From Caecitellus pseudoparvulus (taxonomy: Eukaryota; Protista; Bigyra: Bicosoecida): a stretch of DNA of 64,000 nt. The stretch is from assembly GCA_965644315.1 (NCBI GenBank), contig CBFFRQ010000061.1, positions 62,001 to 126,000 of the forward strand, given 5' to 3'. Below are positions 11,481 to 22,760 of the stretch, one piece after another (position 1 is the stretch's first letter; the number at the start of each line of letters is the position of its first letter). A program made the position numbers and the translations under genes. Under the pieces are notes generated by a model. It searched no databases. It saw only the letters and a list, made by a program, of their open reading frames with translations, and had not been told where the DNA came from.

Positions 11481-14400
11481 CTATATCTGGGCATGAGGAC
11501 CTTTTCGTCGGATCCGAGGGCGTCGGGCGGCCTGGTGCGGAGTTGCAGGGTTCCCGGCAGACGGGGCTGGAGACGGTGTCGGAGCGGGCGTGGGCGCTTT
11601 CTCGCCCCTCGAGGCTTGAGAGACTGGCACACTTGGGGGGGAAGTTGGAGTACCAGACGAAGCAGCGGCTGGGGGGGCACGAGCTGGTGCATGGGAGTGT
11701 GGGTTGCGCCGCGTGCGGCGTGGGTGAGCGACACCTGACCCGACGGGGTTCACAGGGGCTGCTTTGGCCTCTTGGTCAATCACGCTCTGCCGACGCATGG
11801 CACTCTTGGTGCGGCGCAAGGTGTGGTCCAGCTTTTCCTCTTCGAAAAAGTCCTTGGTTCGGCTCGTGAACATCGCATTCAGCACGGCGACAGCAGTTGA
11901 GCCGATGCCGAGGATGATGATCGCAAAGCTCAGCTTCGTCATCGCGCTCTCGACGGCAGCCTTAAAGCCCTCCCGGGAAAGGCTCTGGTCAAACTGCCCA
12001 GCGATGTTTCCAAGCTCTTCATCTGAATACTGTGCAGTGCGAGGTGTGGGAGTTCAATTGTGTGCGTCGCGAGGTTGTGTTCAATCGGGTGCGCTCAAGC
12101 TTGCCACGTACCGAGTCAACACGCGCTTTGGCATCATCGATCGAAGTTAAGAGCAAGATTGCAGTCAAGAAGCATAGGATCGCGGACAAGGACGTTGTGG
12201 CCAAGTGGATGCGCAGCTTGCAAATGGACTTGGTGAACGCCGCGTTGAGTCCCAAAGCGCCGACGAGCACAAGCACAATGGCAACGGCGATCGCGAAGCC
12301 AAAGGCAGCTGCTGCAGCGCTGCCGCTCCCAAACTCAACCAAGAAGTAGATAGCGACACAGAACAGGACAGCTCCTGTGAAGACTGTGGCCCAATTTAGG
12401 ACCGTGAAAGCTGTGGCGAGAATGACATCCCCATGGATGATCTTGGCGGCCAACACCACGCCGGCCAGCAAGACCCCCATGATGAAGACACCAACGACGC
12501 CAACGATGTAGATTCGAGTCTGAACCTGCTCGGCAACGTCCTCTACAGCTTCAGCACGCAGATCGGGATTCACTTCAGTCTCCGCGCAAAAAGAGCGGTC
12601 GTAGTAAAAGTCGCACACACGGTCCCACTCCTTGTCCACGTACTCCTTTGTTGAAGTGTCAGACACGAAGACCTGCAGCGCCGCAAAGAGCACACCAAGA
12701 AGCGTGAAGAGTGTAATGAAGAAGTATGACAGGATGCTGCAAGACACGCCCTTTGCTGTGTCAGAAGATGAGTAGATGCCGATGCCTCCCAGCACAGCAA
12801 TGCACACGCCGAGGGCACACATGGGCACACCACTCGCAGCGGAGATGGCTGCTTGCGCCATGAGAAGGCCTGCAGCCACAAGAATCCCGATGCCAAGCAT
12901 GGCAATGAATGCGTTGAGTCGGGACAGGTGCTGCCCAAGCTCCGGATCAGGCGCCCAGACGGCTTTATCATCCAAAACCTCGCGCAGTGTCTTATCCTTC
13001 CTCTCGTTGTAGTCGTGGTCAAAGTGCATGACGCCACATTTTGCCTTGAAGAAGAACACCAGCGGCTCTCGGCAGGCTGGCACCGCGCACACGATCAGAC
13101 TCAACACCAACACGCCCGCCAGCGAAAACCACACGATGAACTCCATCAAGCGATCCGTCTCAGCATACTTGATGCCCGTCACCTCATTCTGACTGCAGAA
13201 CTCCTGCGCTGGTGGGCAATGCACTGCCCCTGTGAAACCCGCGATGTACAGCTTGCCGCCCCCAGCGGGGCACTTGTACCAGAATGTCTTGTCCTGTGTG
13301 ACGCCTCGGATGCCCACTTGGAGGTAGTCCTTGCGGTAGCAGTTGGAGCGGTAGCAGAGGCCGTACTGTGGGAAGCGGGGGTTGAGACCTTTCGTGATCT
13401 CGATGAGGGAGGAGCGGAAGCAGCGGCACTCTGGGCAGCGGTCTTGCCCCCCGAAAGCCTCAAACTCAGATTCATCGCCAAACAAGGCCGAGTCAATGGA
13501 AGCGCCTTCCTCTGACGAGCGGTTGCCAGCTGTCACTTGAGTGGAGATATCGGCACAGTTTGCATACGAAACTCGGACAGGTACATAATCAATGGAAGAG
13601 GAAATCCCACCCAGCCCCCCTGCAGTCAACTCTGCACTGAGCTCTGCGTTCGGAAATCTCGCAGAAGCATCCAAACTGGCCAACTTGCCCGAGCCTGGAC
13701 CAAAGTACTGGTACATGCTGGGCAGACCACACACACCACCCTGGCAGTTGTCGTTCGTGTCCGGCGGACACGTCGTCCGCCACGTGTCGAAGCTGCCACC
13801 TGACGTCACCGTCTGATCCCCACACGTGAAGTCCCGCACCTCTCGAATGCCCACAGACAGCATGCACACTGCTGATGCGCGGTAGTCCGGGCTGCACCCG
13901 TAGTCCTGGTGCTCTGTGCACACGTACCGCTCAGGCCAGTGCACGGGGCCCTTGTTCACGAAGTCACACCCCTCCCCGCGGCCCCACCGCAAGTACCCCA
14001 CACTCAGCGGCGGCGGCGGCTCGTACTCGCTGGCATCAGACGACACGAGGAAGTTGAAGATGTCCGTGTCGGCCTCCACCGCCGTCGGCTCCACGAGGCG
14101 CCCCGCCACGGTGTAGTTGGCAATGTACTGATTCGTGTCCTCCAGGAACGCCAGCGTCAGGTCAGACACGTACACCTCCCCTGCAAAGCTGCCATACGAC
14201 ATGAACTCGGGGCCCAACACTCGAGCCTCCCAATGCGCACCCCTGCCCAGGGGCACATCTTCCAGCGGCACACCCACGAGGGTGGGGCACCCAAACGCCT
14301 CTCGAGCATGAGCCAGCACACGTGGCGAGTGGATCTTCGTCACCAGCTTCGGGTAGTCTGTGGCGTCCTGCTCCTCCACAGTCGCGATGGTGCTCAAGTC

Positions 14401-15368
14401 GATGGGGGTGCCCGTGTCAGCGTCGATGAAGTGCGGGCCCAGCAGTACGGCGCCCAGGATGTGCGCCATCTCGTGGGCTGCCGTGTGCCGCTCACTGGCA
14501 ATGGCGTCGGGCTGCAGGGAGTTCTCCACGTCAAAGATGGCGGGGACCCAGTTGAAGAAGCCCACCGTGCAGCGGTAGTGCTGGTCGCGCTGCATGCACC
14601 CTGCGAAGCCAGCCACGGGGGAGTTGGGGGAAGGCCGCGCAATCATGATCACAACTAAGTCCACGTTGTCATGTGTCTGTTCAGAGCTCTCCAAATTAAA
14701 ACTCGTTGCAATGCCGTCGCTGATGGTGATGGGGTCCGCTGTGCGCTTGACAGTCAGCGCTGAGCCCCAGTACTCAGCCGCCCACTCCGTGCGCCGCTGC
14801 ATCACCGTGTACCGAGCCGACCCCGGCGCCACAACATCATCCGGCGTGCACGTGTACTCCTCGTAGTCACTCCCTGACGCTGGCGCCACGTCGATCATCT
14901 GCCCTGCCCGAGAGCATGACCGCGTGCGCAGTGAGCCCTTCTGCGAGTCGTACTCCACACCGCCGCCGTCCACCACCGTCCACAGCACCTGTGAGCGTGG
15001 GTGGCTGGCGTGAGCAGGCAGCGCCAGGCAGCGGCACATCCATGCCAGCGACACGGCCACACAGTTGCCATGGTGTGGGCTGCCCACGTGCCCTGTCTCA
15101 CCTTGATGCGGATGGGAGTGGTGTCGGTGGAGTTGCGCACGTTGACGAAGGTGCTCAAGGAGCGTCCGTGGGCGTGCTCTTCGTACTGCTGTGGGACAAC
15201 GTGGGCGTCTTGGGCCTCCATCCACCGCTGCAGCTGGGGGTCAGAGTGCCCGCACGCAGCATGTGAGCCATGCGATCGCATAAGAGGTGTATCAATGTTC
15301 GGCACGTGAGCTGCACAAACTGCTGCAAGGCCCATGGCGGCCACAAGGCCTAGCGTCGATTGTGGCAT
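11481..15368 (-). CDS. Leishmanolysin-like (peptidase M8) multipass protein, copy B (inverted paralog)
   Basis: Same catalytic motifs as copy A, with its own signal peptide MPQSTLGLVAAMGLAAVCAA. It has the same intron 1 plus a further intron at about 12110-12030 that joins to ORF 11481..11942. Confidence 0.88.
13058..15263 (-). repeat. Right arm of ~2.2 kb inverted repeat (pairs with 7811-10019)
   Basis: Reverse complement of the left arm, with divergent islands at about 14665-14701 and 13432-13699. Confidence 0.95.
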
Positions 15369-16276
15369 GGTGGGGGGAAAACGCTTGCGAGGTGCTGGGT
15401 ATAGTGGCTCTGCTCCCAAGCTGTGTCGGGAGCCTTAGCCGGCAACTACTCCACAGCCTTGATGCTGCATGCTCAGGGCGTACCCTGCGGGAAGCTAGGC
15501 TTGAGGGGGAGCAGTAGTTTGGGGGAGGGGTCTGTGTGTTTCACCTTGGCGTGTTGGGGAGCTGGTTGGCTGGCGCTTGAACATGTCACTTCGAGTCTCA
15601 TCGTGCGCCCCTGGTCAATTCCTGCCCAAAAAGAGTGGTATTCTGCATAACAGGTATGCTACAGCCTTGAGTCTTGGTCGTCATGGCGACTGAAATCCCT
15701 CATTGACGATGCAATGCTTAGAAAGGGCGGCTCGGAAGGATCAAAAACCCATGAGGAACGTTGAATTTGCCTGCGCTGACATTCCTGTTTGTGAAAAGGG
15801 GTGCTTCAATGACATGTGATCTCGGGAGTATCTGCTCTCCTTCATGAGACATCGCACCCCTCTGTTGTGGTCGCCCTTCAGGGGGCCGCCACGTCCACAC
15901 CCCCAGCCGCAGAGCGTCGTTCAAGTGTGCACGTTTCAGCCCCCACGTCATTCAGTTACTGCAGCCTACCTAAAGACATGCAAATGGGAGGTAGGCTTGG
16001 TTCTGCTGTGGCTGTGTGCCGGGGACACTGCCTCGATTCCCCTCGACAGACCCACTTGACAAAACCGATGAACCCCGCCTACTGCATCGTTCTGACGCCG
16101 AGGCGGATGAGCAAGCCAAAACTCCCCCCAGGGACTATAAGGCTCATTGAGTTGATTGCAGTTCATCTAGGTTCGTGCCCTGAAGCGCCGTGTACTTCCG
16201 CAAACCCCTGTGTGTGTTGTCCGGTCTGTAGCCATTCCGTGTGTCATCCACTTCCTGCGCGCTCGGCAGGCAGACC

Positions 16277-19200
16277 ATGGAGGAAGAGAGTAAACACGGT
16301 GCACTGGAGCTTGTTGAGCCACCCCCTGTTCCTGGCGGTGCTGCTGCTGAGAAGGAGGAGCAGGCCAGTGGCAGTGACTCGAGCTCAGACGCTGCAGAGG
16401 GGCTTGTTGCAGCGGAAAGTGCTGTCGGCTCGGCAACGTCAAGCTCCTCAAGTGGGAAGAAAGGCAGAAGTTCCTCTGAGTCCCTGGCAAAAATCGACGC
16501 GGGAGCGCCCATCGTTGTGCCAGGCATTGGCGGAGGTGCGGAATCTGCATCGCATGCGTGTCTGGCCCAGAGCGAACGCCAGCATTCTTTCCATGCACAG
16601 GAAGCCTGGAGATCGGCCCAGAAGACCAGGCACGCGTGATGCTCTTTCAACGTCGCATGCGGTTCTTCGTCATGCAGCGTGCGCGCCATCGGTTCTACTT
16701 CGCCCGCCACATGGACAGGTGCGTGCTGCTGCTGTACCAGCCCTTCCCTGCGCGTACTTTGGGTCGGCACCATTCAAATTCTCCCTCGATGACCTGCACA
16801 GGACTCTCGTCTACTGCTTGTTCTTGTTCCTCTATTGCTACTCTCAGGTCGTGACATACCAAAACCGGTAAGTGTGAGGCGGGAGCATGGTGTTTCGGCC
16901 ACTCTCCAACCCTCTCCACCCATGCGCTGTGCAGGCTCTTGTTCTGGTTATCGTACGGGACAATCGACGCAATTTTGGGTGAGGAAATGCCCGACACGGA
17001 GACGCACATCCAGAAGAGCTTTGAAGACATCGGGACGCCCGAGGAGTTCTATCAATGGACCAGCAGCGTGCTCGTTGGGCAACTGTACACGTCTGCGACT
17101 GGATTCTCAGACGCTGATGTTGGGTCAATTTACGGTGTGAATAACATCGTCGGTGCAGTGCGCATCGGGCAAGTGCGGGCGAAGCCACACCCCTGCCGAG
17201 GCCAGACAGCAACCATCAAGTTTGCGCCCAACTCAACGGCTTCCCCCACATGCTACCCTGTGTCCCGAGAGGACTTTGAGCAAAAGGATGAAGATAAAAG
17301 TGACTTTGGTGCCAATGGGGTCACGTGGTCCTGGGCAGGGAACTTTTCTGCAGGCAGTCCAGGAAGACTTCACTGGAGCATTCAGGAGGAGCGGGATCTG
17401 GGCATGCTCGGGCGGTCTGGTGCAAGCGGATTCACGACGTTTGAGGAGGTGTGGTTCCCCTCGCCCGCCTTTCCCGTGATCTTGCCGAACCCCGCTTCGC
17501 CCAATGCGGAAGCCATCGCTACCCGGCGGATCGCTGAGCTGCAACAAGGCGGGTACATCACAGCCGCCACGAGGCTAATCGCAGTGCAGCTCACGCTGGC
17601 CAACCCAGACCTGGACGTGATCATGCCCTTTGTCATGTACATTGAGCTGCCTGGAAGTGGCGGCCTGAACACCGGCTTTAAGTACAATGTGGTGCGACTG
17701 TACAGCATCACATCAAGCACGTCAGACTCAAACGCCGTGATTGAAATGCTCGTCCTGGTGTTCTACTTGTACTTCTTCTTCAAAATCTGCACAGGCATTG
17801 CCCGCAAGGGCCTGGGTTCCTTGCTCAAGGCCAGGAACCTTATCAACGCAGTGTCCATCCTCTTCTACGCTGGTATGTGGTGGGCCCGGTACTCTGCCGA
17901 AGTCACCAGCCCTGCCAAGGACGAGGTGTTCCTGCACACGGATACCTTCTATGCTTTTGAGGCCGCTGCCTCGTACCGCTCGCTCAGCGTCCTCCTGTCT
18001 GCCATCAACTCGTTCCTCGTCGTGTTCACGCTGGCAGACTATCTGTCCGGCTTCGGGGGCCTGCAGCTTGTGACTGGCTCACTGTACAAGTCCCTCCTCC
18101 CATCCGTGTCCTTCTTTGTCGTCTTCATCGTTGTCTTTGTCGGCTTTGCCATCGCCCACATGATGATTTGGGGGCAAGAAATGGAGCAGTTCCGGAATCT
18201 GTCGCAGACTTCGTACACGTTGATGATGTCGTTGCTTGGGGACGTGCCCGTCGAGGAGATGCGCCGCGTGAACCCTAGCATGACGCCTATTCTCGTCATT
18301 GGCTACATTTGCACGCTCACCTTTATTGTTCTCAACATCTTCATCGCCATTGTCACGGAAGCTTACGAGCGTCAGAAGACAGAGATGGAGGAGGGCATCC
18401 AGGCAAACCTCCTGGCTGACTTGTCCGCGTACTTGGTAGGCAAGTGCCGTGCCCTTCTTGGGGAAAGCGCAGAGGCCACACTGCGGTGGCTTTTGTCTGG
18501 GTGCACCGGCGTGGGGCGGTCCCTCACCTCTGGAAACCCGCAATCGCTGAAGCGGAGGATGGCCGCAGTGGGCATCGAGATTTCGGATCGGGCTGCAGAT
18601 CGCGCCTTCTTCACGGTGGAGGGCAGCGAGTACGCCGAGACCAAGGCGTTCACATCCATGGGTTTGTGTGCAGGCCAAGTCGGACAGCTGCAGAAGGCAA
18701 CAGCGGCCATCAAGGCACCCTTCGAAGCCATGCGACAGGAGGCTCGCCGGCGGGCTGCTTCCTTTGCCCGTGGTAATCCGATGGTGATGGCGAAGGCGGG
18801 ATCCCCACCGGCAGCGACCACTTCCACAGAAAGCCCCCCTCCAGCACCTTCCAATTGCTCGTCGGCCATGCGCACACTGAGCGCGTCTGAGCAGCCGTTG
18901 CAAACTTGCTGTTCCGCACGCCGAACCTGCTGCCAGCAGTTCTGCGATAACCCTACTGGCAGTTCGTGGGCCTGCCTGAAGTTGGTCATGGTGCGCCTAA
19001 CGTTGGTTCTCACAAACAGCTTGTACATTCACGTGTACAAGGTTTCCGCCGACAACCTGCGCAAATACGCACAGGACAGCCCGGACGGCAACCGCTTGAA
19101 GGAGGCGTTGTTCAAGTGCCTGCGGCAAGAGCGGGATGCATCCAAGGCCATGGCCCGCATCCTTCAGGCACGCGCAGAGCAAGTTTTGAGCGGAAGCGGG

Positions 19201-19425
19201 CCTCGTGCCCAGCAAGAACAAGCGAAGCTTGCTGCTGCATTGACCGCGCTGGGCGAGCAAACGCCACAATCCCATCGCCTGGCCGCCGCGTTGCAAGGTG
19301 CAGCAGAAGGCGCTGCGACACTCCTTGCCGAGAGATCGACCGAAGACATTCAAAAGGCGCTCAGCCTCTTGAAGCTGGGCGGCACCTTCTCGTTGGATTC
19401 CTCACAAGGGCCGCTTCCCGAGTGA
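16277..19425 (+). CDS. Polycystin-2 (PKD2/TRPP)-like cation channel
   Basis: TM1 (LVYCLFLFLY), then a TOP domain (FEDIGTPEEFYQW, NNIVGAVRIGQVR, YITAATRLIAVQLTLANPDLD), further TMs, pore FRNLSQTSYTLMMSLLGD and S6 FIVLNIFIAIVTEAY. The 5' introns lie at about 16540-16600, 16720-? and 16868-16934. The C-terminal extent is uncertain. Confidence 0.85.
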
Positions 19426-20746
19426 TAGCAACACTGGCCACGCGACCAGGACGGAGTCGGAGCTGACGCCGGGCTGCTTCACGCTGCTTGCCAAGGCAGC
19501 CTTCACGACGCCCAGTTTTTCCAATGCAGTGGCTTCCCCGTGCTTTCGGATCAGGCTTTGGTAGCCAGACCAAGTGCCCAGGTAGCCGATGGCCTCGTCC
19601 ACTGTCAGCCTCGCTTCCAAGACGAGAGTCGCCCGAGCAACGCCTTGGAAGCAAGGCATACCTGAAAAGCTGTATCGCCGAGGCCGCACTCTACAAGCGT
19701 CTTTCAGCTGCTCTGGATCGCAAGAAGCGCTGTCGGGGTGGGTCACTGCGCTGTGCACGCCAGTGTCGGCGGCGCTGTCAGCTTCAGGTGGATCCAGCCC
19801 ACGGTACAAGTCGATCACCAGGCTGCGCTTGGCCACGTTCCAGTGCTCCGCCAGCTCAGAGTCAAACCCACGCAGAGCCGCGTCAGCCTCTTTGAGCTCA
19901 GGGAAGCTTGGGAACCCTGTGAAAGGTGAAGGGTGCTGGTGTCAGGCTTGGTCCCTTGTCGCCAAGTTGGTGGCGAGCCTCACCGTATCCCACAACTGCC
20001 ACAGTTCCCCCAGGTTTCAACACTCGGTGGGCTTCAGCGTAGAATGCTGGGACATCGAACCAGTGCAGGGCCTGTGCAGCTCTGGGTTTTCAAGCAGGGC
20101 AGGGGTCGGTTCATGCAATTTGTGGTCTCGCGAAATCGCACCGAGTCGTCCGAGGCAGGCAGACTCACAGGACCATATCCGCCGACGCATCAGGCAGGCC
20201 CGTAGCCTCGCTTGTGCCCTGGGAAAACGACACACGCCCACTCTGCTGCTTCAAGGCACTGTCTACCTCAGGGTCAGCAAGGGTCGAGTCAGGAATTGGC
20301 TCGGCAGCAGGTGACATGAACGCAAGGCGGGCAGAGTGCGGGGAAGGAGCAGCGTCACCGCCGCTTGAGTCGCCGGCCTCCAAACGAGCCTGCCCTGCTG
20401 CCACTTGCTCCGCGCTGGCATCCAGGGCGGCGACTTCGTCGAACCAGCGAGCCAAGGGGAAGCTTGCTTGGCCGCTGCCAGCCGCAATATCCGCAGCCAA
20501 GCCGAAGCCAGCTTCCGTTGCGGGGGGACCGCTGCTAGGCTGGGCCGTACCAGACGCCAAGCATCCGTGGACATGATAGTGCATGAGGACGTTGAATATT
20601 TCGTCTGCGTAGTTGGGCCTGAACGTCGCGTACGCGCTGGCTTGAGCGTCAAATAGTTTGGCGTGTTGGCCAAAGGAGCCAGTGCAGAGTGGCCGCACGC
20701 TGTTGCGGCCAGCCTGCGCCAGGCCTGAGGTACCCCGGGCTGCCAT
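19402..20746 (-). CDS. Class I SAM-dependent methyltransferase (Methyltransf_11 type)
   Basis: LFDAQASAYATFRPNY, ADIAAGSGQAS, ALDASAEQV, LPDASADMV|AAQALHWFD...EAHRVLKPGG, YLGTWSGY. Two introns; the last exon is in frame with ORF 19402..19836. Confidence 0.88.
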
Positions 20747-21046
20747 GTTCCACTCAGTGGTACACGTGTAAAACGGTACTTATGGATGTGATGCTTGCTG
20801 TGCGGGTGAAGTTGATTGTGGCACCCTGCATAAAGTGAAGCGTATCACGTTGCCTTGGTTGGCGTGAAGCAGCCCGCAGGCCCGTGCAATGCGCCGGACA
20901 AAAAAGAGCCGCACAACTGGACTTACCGCAGTAGCTTCGTGCCTGAGTCCCGCCACGCTGTGTGCTGCTGACGCCCCATGCTTCCCTTACGCGGCAACTC
21001 TTGAATTGTGTGGGGGGCGATTTCCGCACTCAGTTTGCTGATCACA

Positions 21047-22276
21047 ATGGCCACACCACTGAACGAGCTCCTGCTGGATGCTGCCTCGAAGGGGGACTTG
21101 GATGAAGTCAATGCGTTGCTTGCTGCTGGGGCGAGCCCGATGAGTCGGGTGAATACACTCAGGCAACAGCGAACTGCACTTGGCGTGGCGTGTCTGGGCG
21201 GGTTCACAGACATCGTGGCGACCCTCCTGGAAGCAGGCGCTTTTGCCAGTCAGTTTGCAGGGCAAGCCGAAGTAGGGTTCTCTGACACATTCACATTGTG
21301 GAACGGTCTGGCCGCTGCCGCCAAGGGGCGTGCGCCGCTGCCCCTCGTGGAGTTGCTGGTGCAAGCTGGAGCTCGCGCACACCCACCCGCCGGCTCGGAC
21401 CAGCACCCGCTCAGTATTCTCACAGCAGCCATCCATGGGCCCCACAGCACGTCATGGACTCTAGAACAAGGTGGGAGGCATCTGGAGGCCACTGAGTGGC
21501 TTCAACTCGCCAAGCCTGCTCTAGTGAAGGCTGGGCTGTCATTCACGTCTCCTGGGAGCAAGTTTCAGGGACATGGTGACGAACCAGTGGCACTGCTGAT
21601 CAGGCAGGGTCACAGTGGGATGCCTGTCCTGCGGATGCTGGTGGAGTGGGGAATGCCCCTGCCTGAGCAGCCTAGCGCCGTACTGAGCACTGCAGCTATG
21701 CACGGCAACAGAACGGCATTGCTGTTCCTGCTGCAGCACGTGACCCAGACTGCACTTGATAACGCGTGTGTGTTAGGTGCTTGGGATGCGTGCAAGAAGT
21801 ATGTACGCGCACGGCCCGGCCTCCTTCCCCGCGTCGGCGGCCTGGCGCAACCCCTCCTGCTGCTCGCGTGCCACCTAGACCCCCGCCTGCACCACCTGGC
21901 AACGCGTATGACGCCAAGGGGTGCAGCGCCCCCTCGTCTGGGTTATACATTGAACCTGTGTGCGAGGAATGGTCTGCACCCGGCGTCTGACGGCGCCCCC
22001 CCTCTCCCTGAAGCCGAGGCGCGACGACTGAAATTCGACTCGTCGCTGTGTGTGGCGGTATGCCAAGAAATGGCGTCGCAGCAGGCATACTCCAGCCCTG
22101 ATGCCGTGCCGCCCGAAGTGCAGGCGGGTGCTTTGGCTCTCTCTGTCTTCCTCCAACGAGCCGGCGAGCTGAACCTGGGCTTGCTGGCAGAACCTGGACT
22201 GCAAGAGCTGACCAAGGCGGGCCTGTGGGCGCTGCGGAGGGATGTGGTGCTGCTGCGGGCTGCTCGCAAGGTGTGA
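21047..22276 (+). CDS. Ankyrin-repeat protein
   Basis: LLDAASKGDLDEVNALLAAGA, TALGVACLGGFTDIVATLLEAGA and further degenerate repeats; single exon. Confidence 0.75.
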   Translation: MATPLNELLLDAASKGDLDEVNALLAAGASPMSRVNTLRQQRTALGVACLGGFTDIVATLLEAGAFASQFAGQAEVGFSDTFTLWNGLAAAAKGRAPLPLVELLVQAGARAHPPAGSDQHPLSILTAAIHGPHSTSWTLEQGGRHLEATEWLQLAKPALVKAGLSFTSPGSKFQGHGDEPVALLIRQGHSGMPVLRMLVEWGMPLPEQPSAVLSTAAMHGNRTALLFLLQHVTQTALDNACVLGAWDACKKYVRARPGLLPRVGGLAQPLLLLACHLDPRLHHLATRMTPRGAAPPRLGYTLNLCARNGLHPASDGAPPLPEAEARRLKFDSSLCVAVCQEMASQQAYSSPDAVPPEVQAGALALSVFLQRAGELNLGLLAEPGLQELTKAGLWALRRDVVLLRAARKV

Positions 22277-22760
22277 GCGTGCGCCGGCGCTTGGAGCGCC
22301 CGCTGCACTCGCGGTGTGGTGCGAATCCACTGCACCACACACTGCGCTGCATCAGCTGTCGGCGCCGCATGGCCACCTCACCCCCCCCACCAACTCCGGC
22401 ACACAGCCACACGGCAGGCGCAGAGGCTGGCATGGGCTCGACAAAATATGCCAAACGCACCGAATGTAGCGAGAATAGGCTCAGCATCACTGTGTGCCTG
22501 CGACAGCCGCGTGAGCCTTGCATGGTTGGGGTGTGTGCGCTGCCACTTACAGGCACCGTGCCGGCCCAGCCAGTCGCCCACCCGCGCCGTGAATGCACTG
22601 GGTTGGGGACCGCAGGGACTTGTTTGTGCAATCTACATCTTCGTGAAGCCTTCTTGCTGCCTCAGAGACGCAGCGGCAGGGCAGTGGCGAGCGTCGTTAC
22701 GTCGCGTGCGGCACGTCGAGCATCTCCTCCCTTGGAGCATCTGAGGTATAGACGAGGGCG

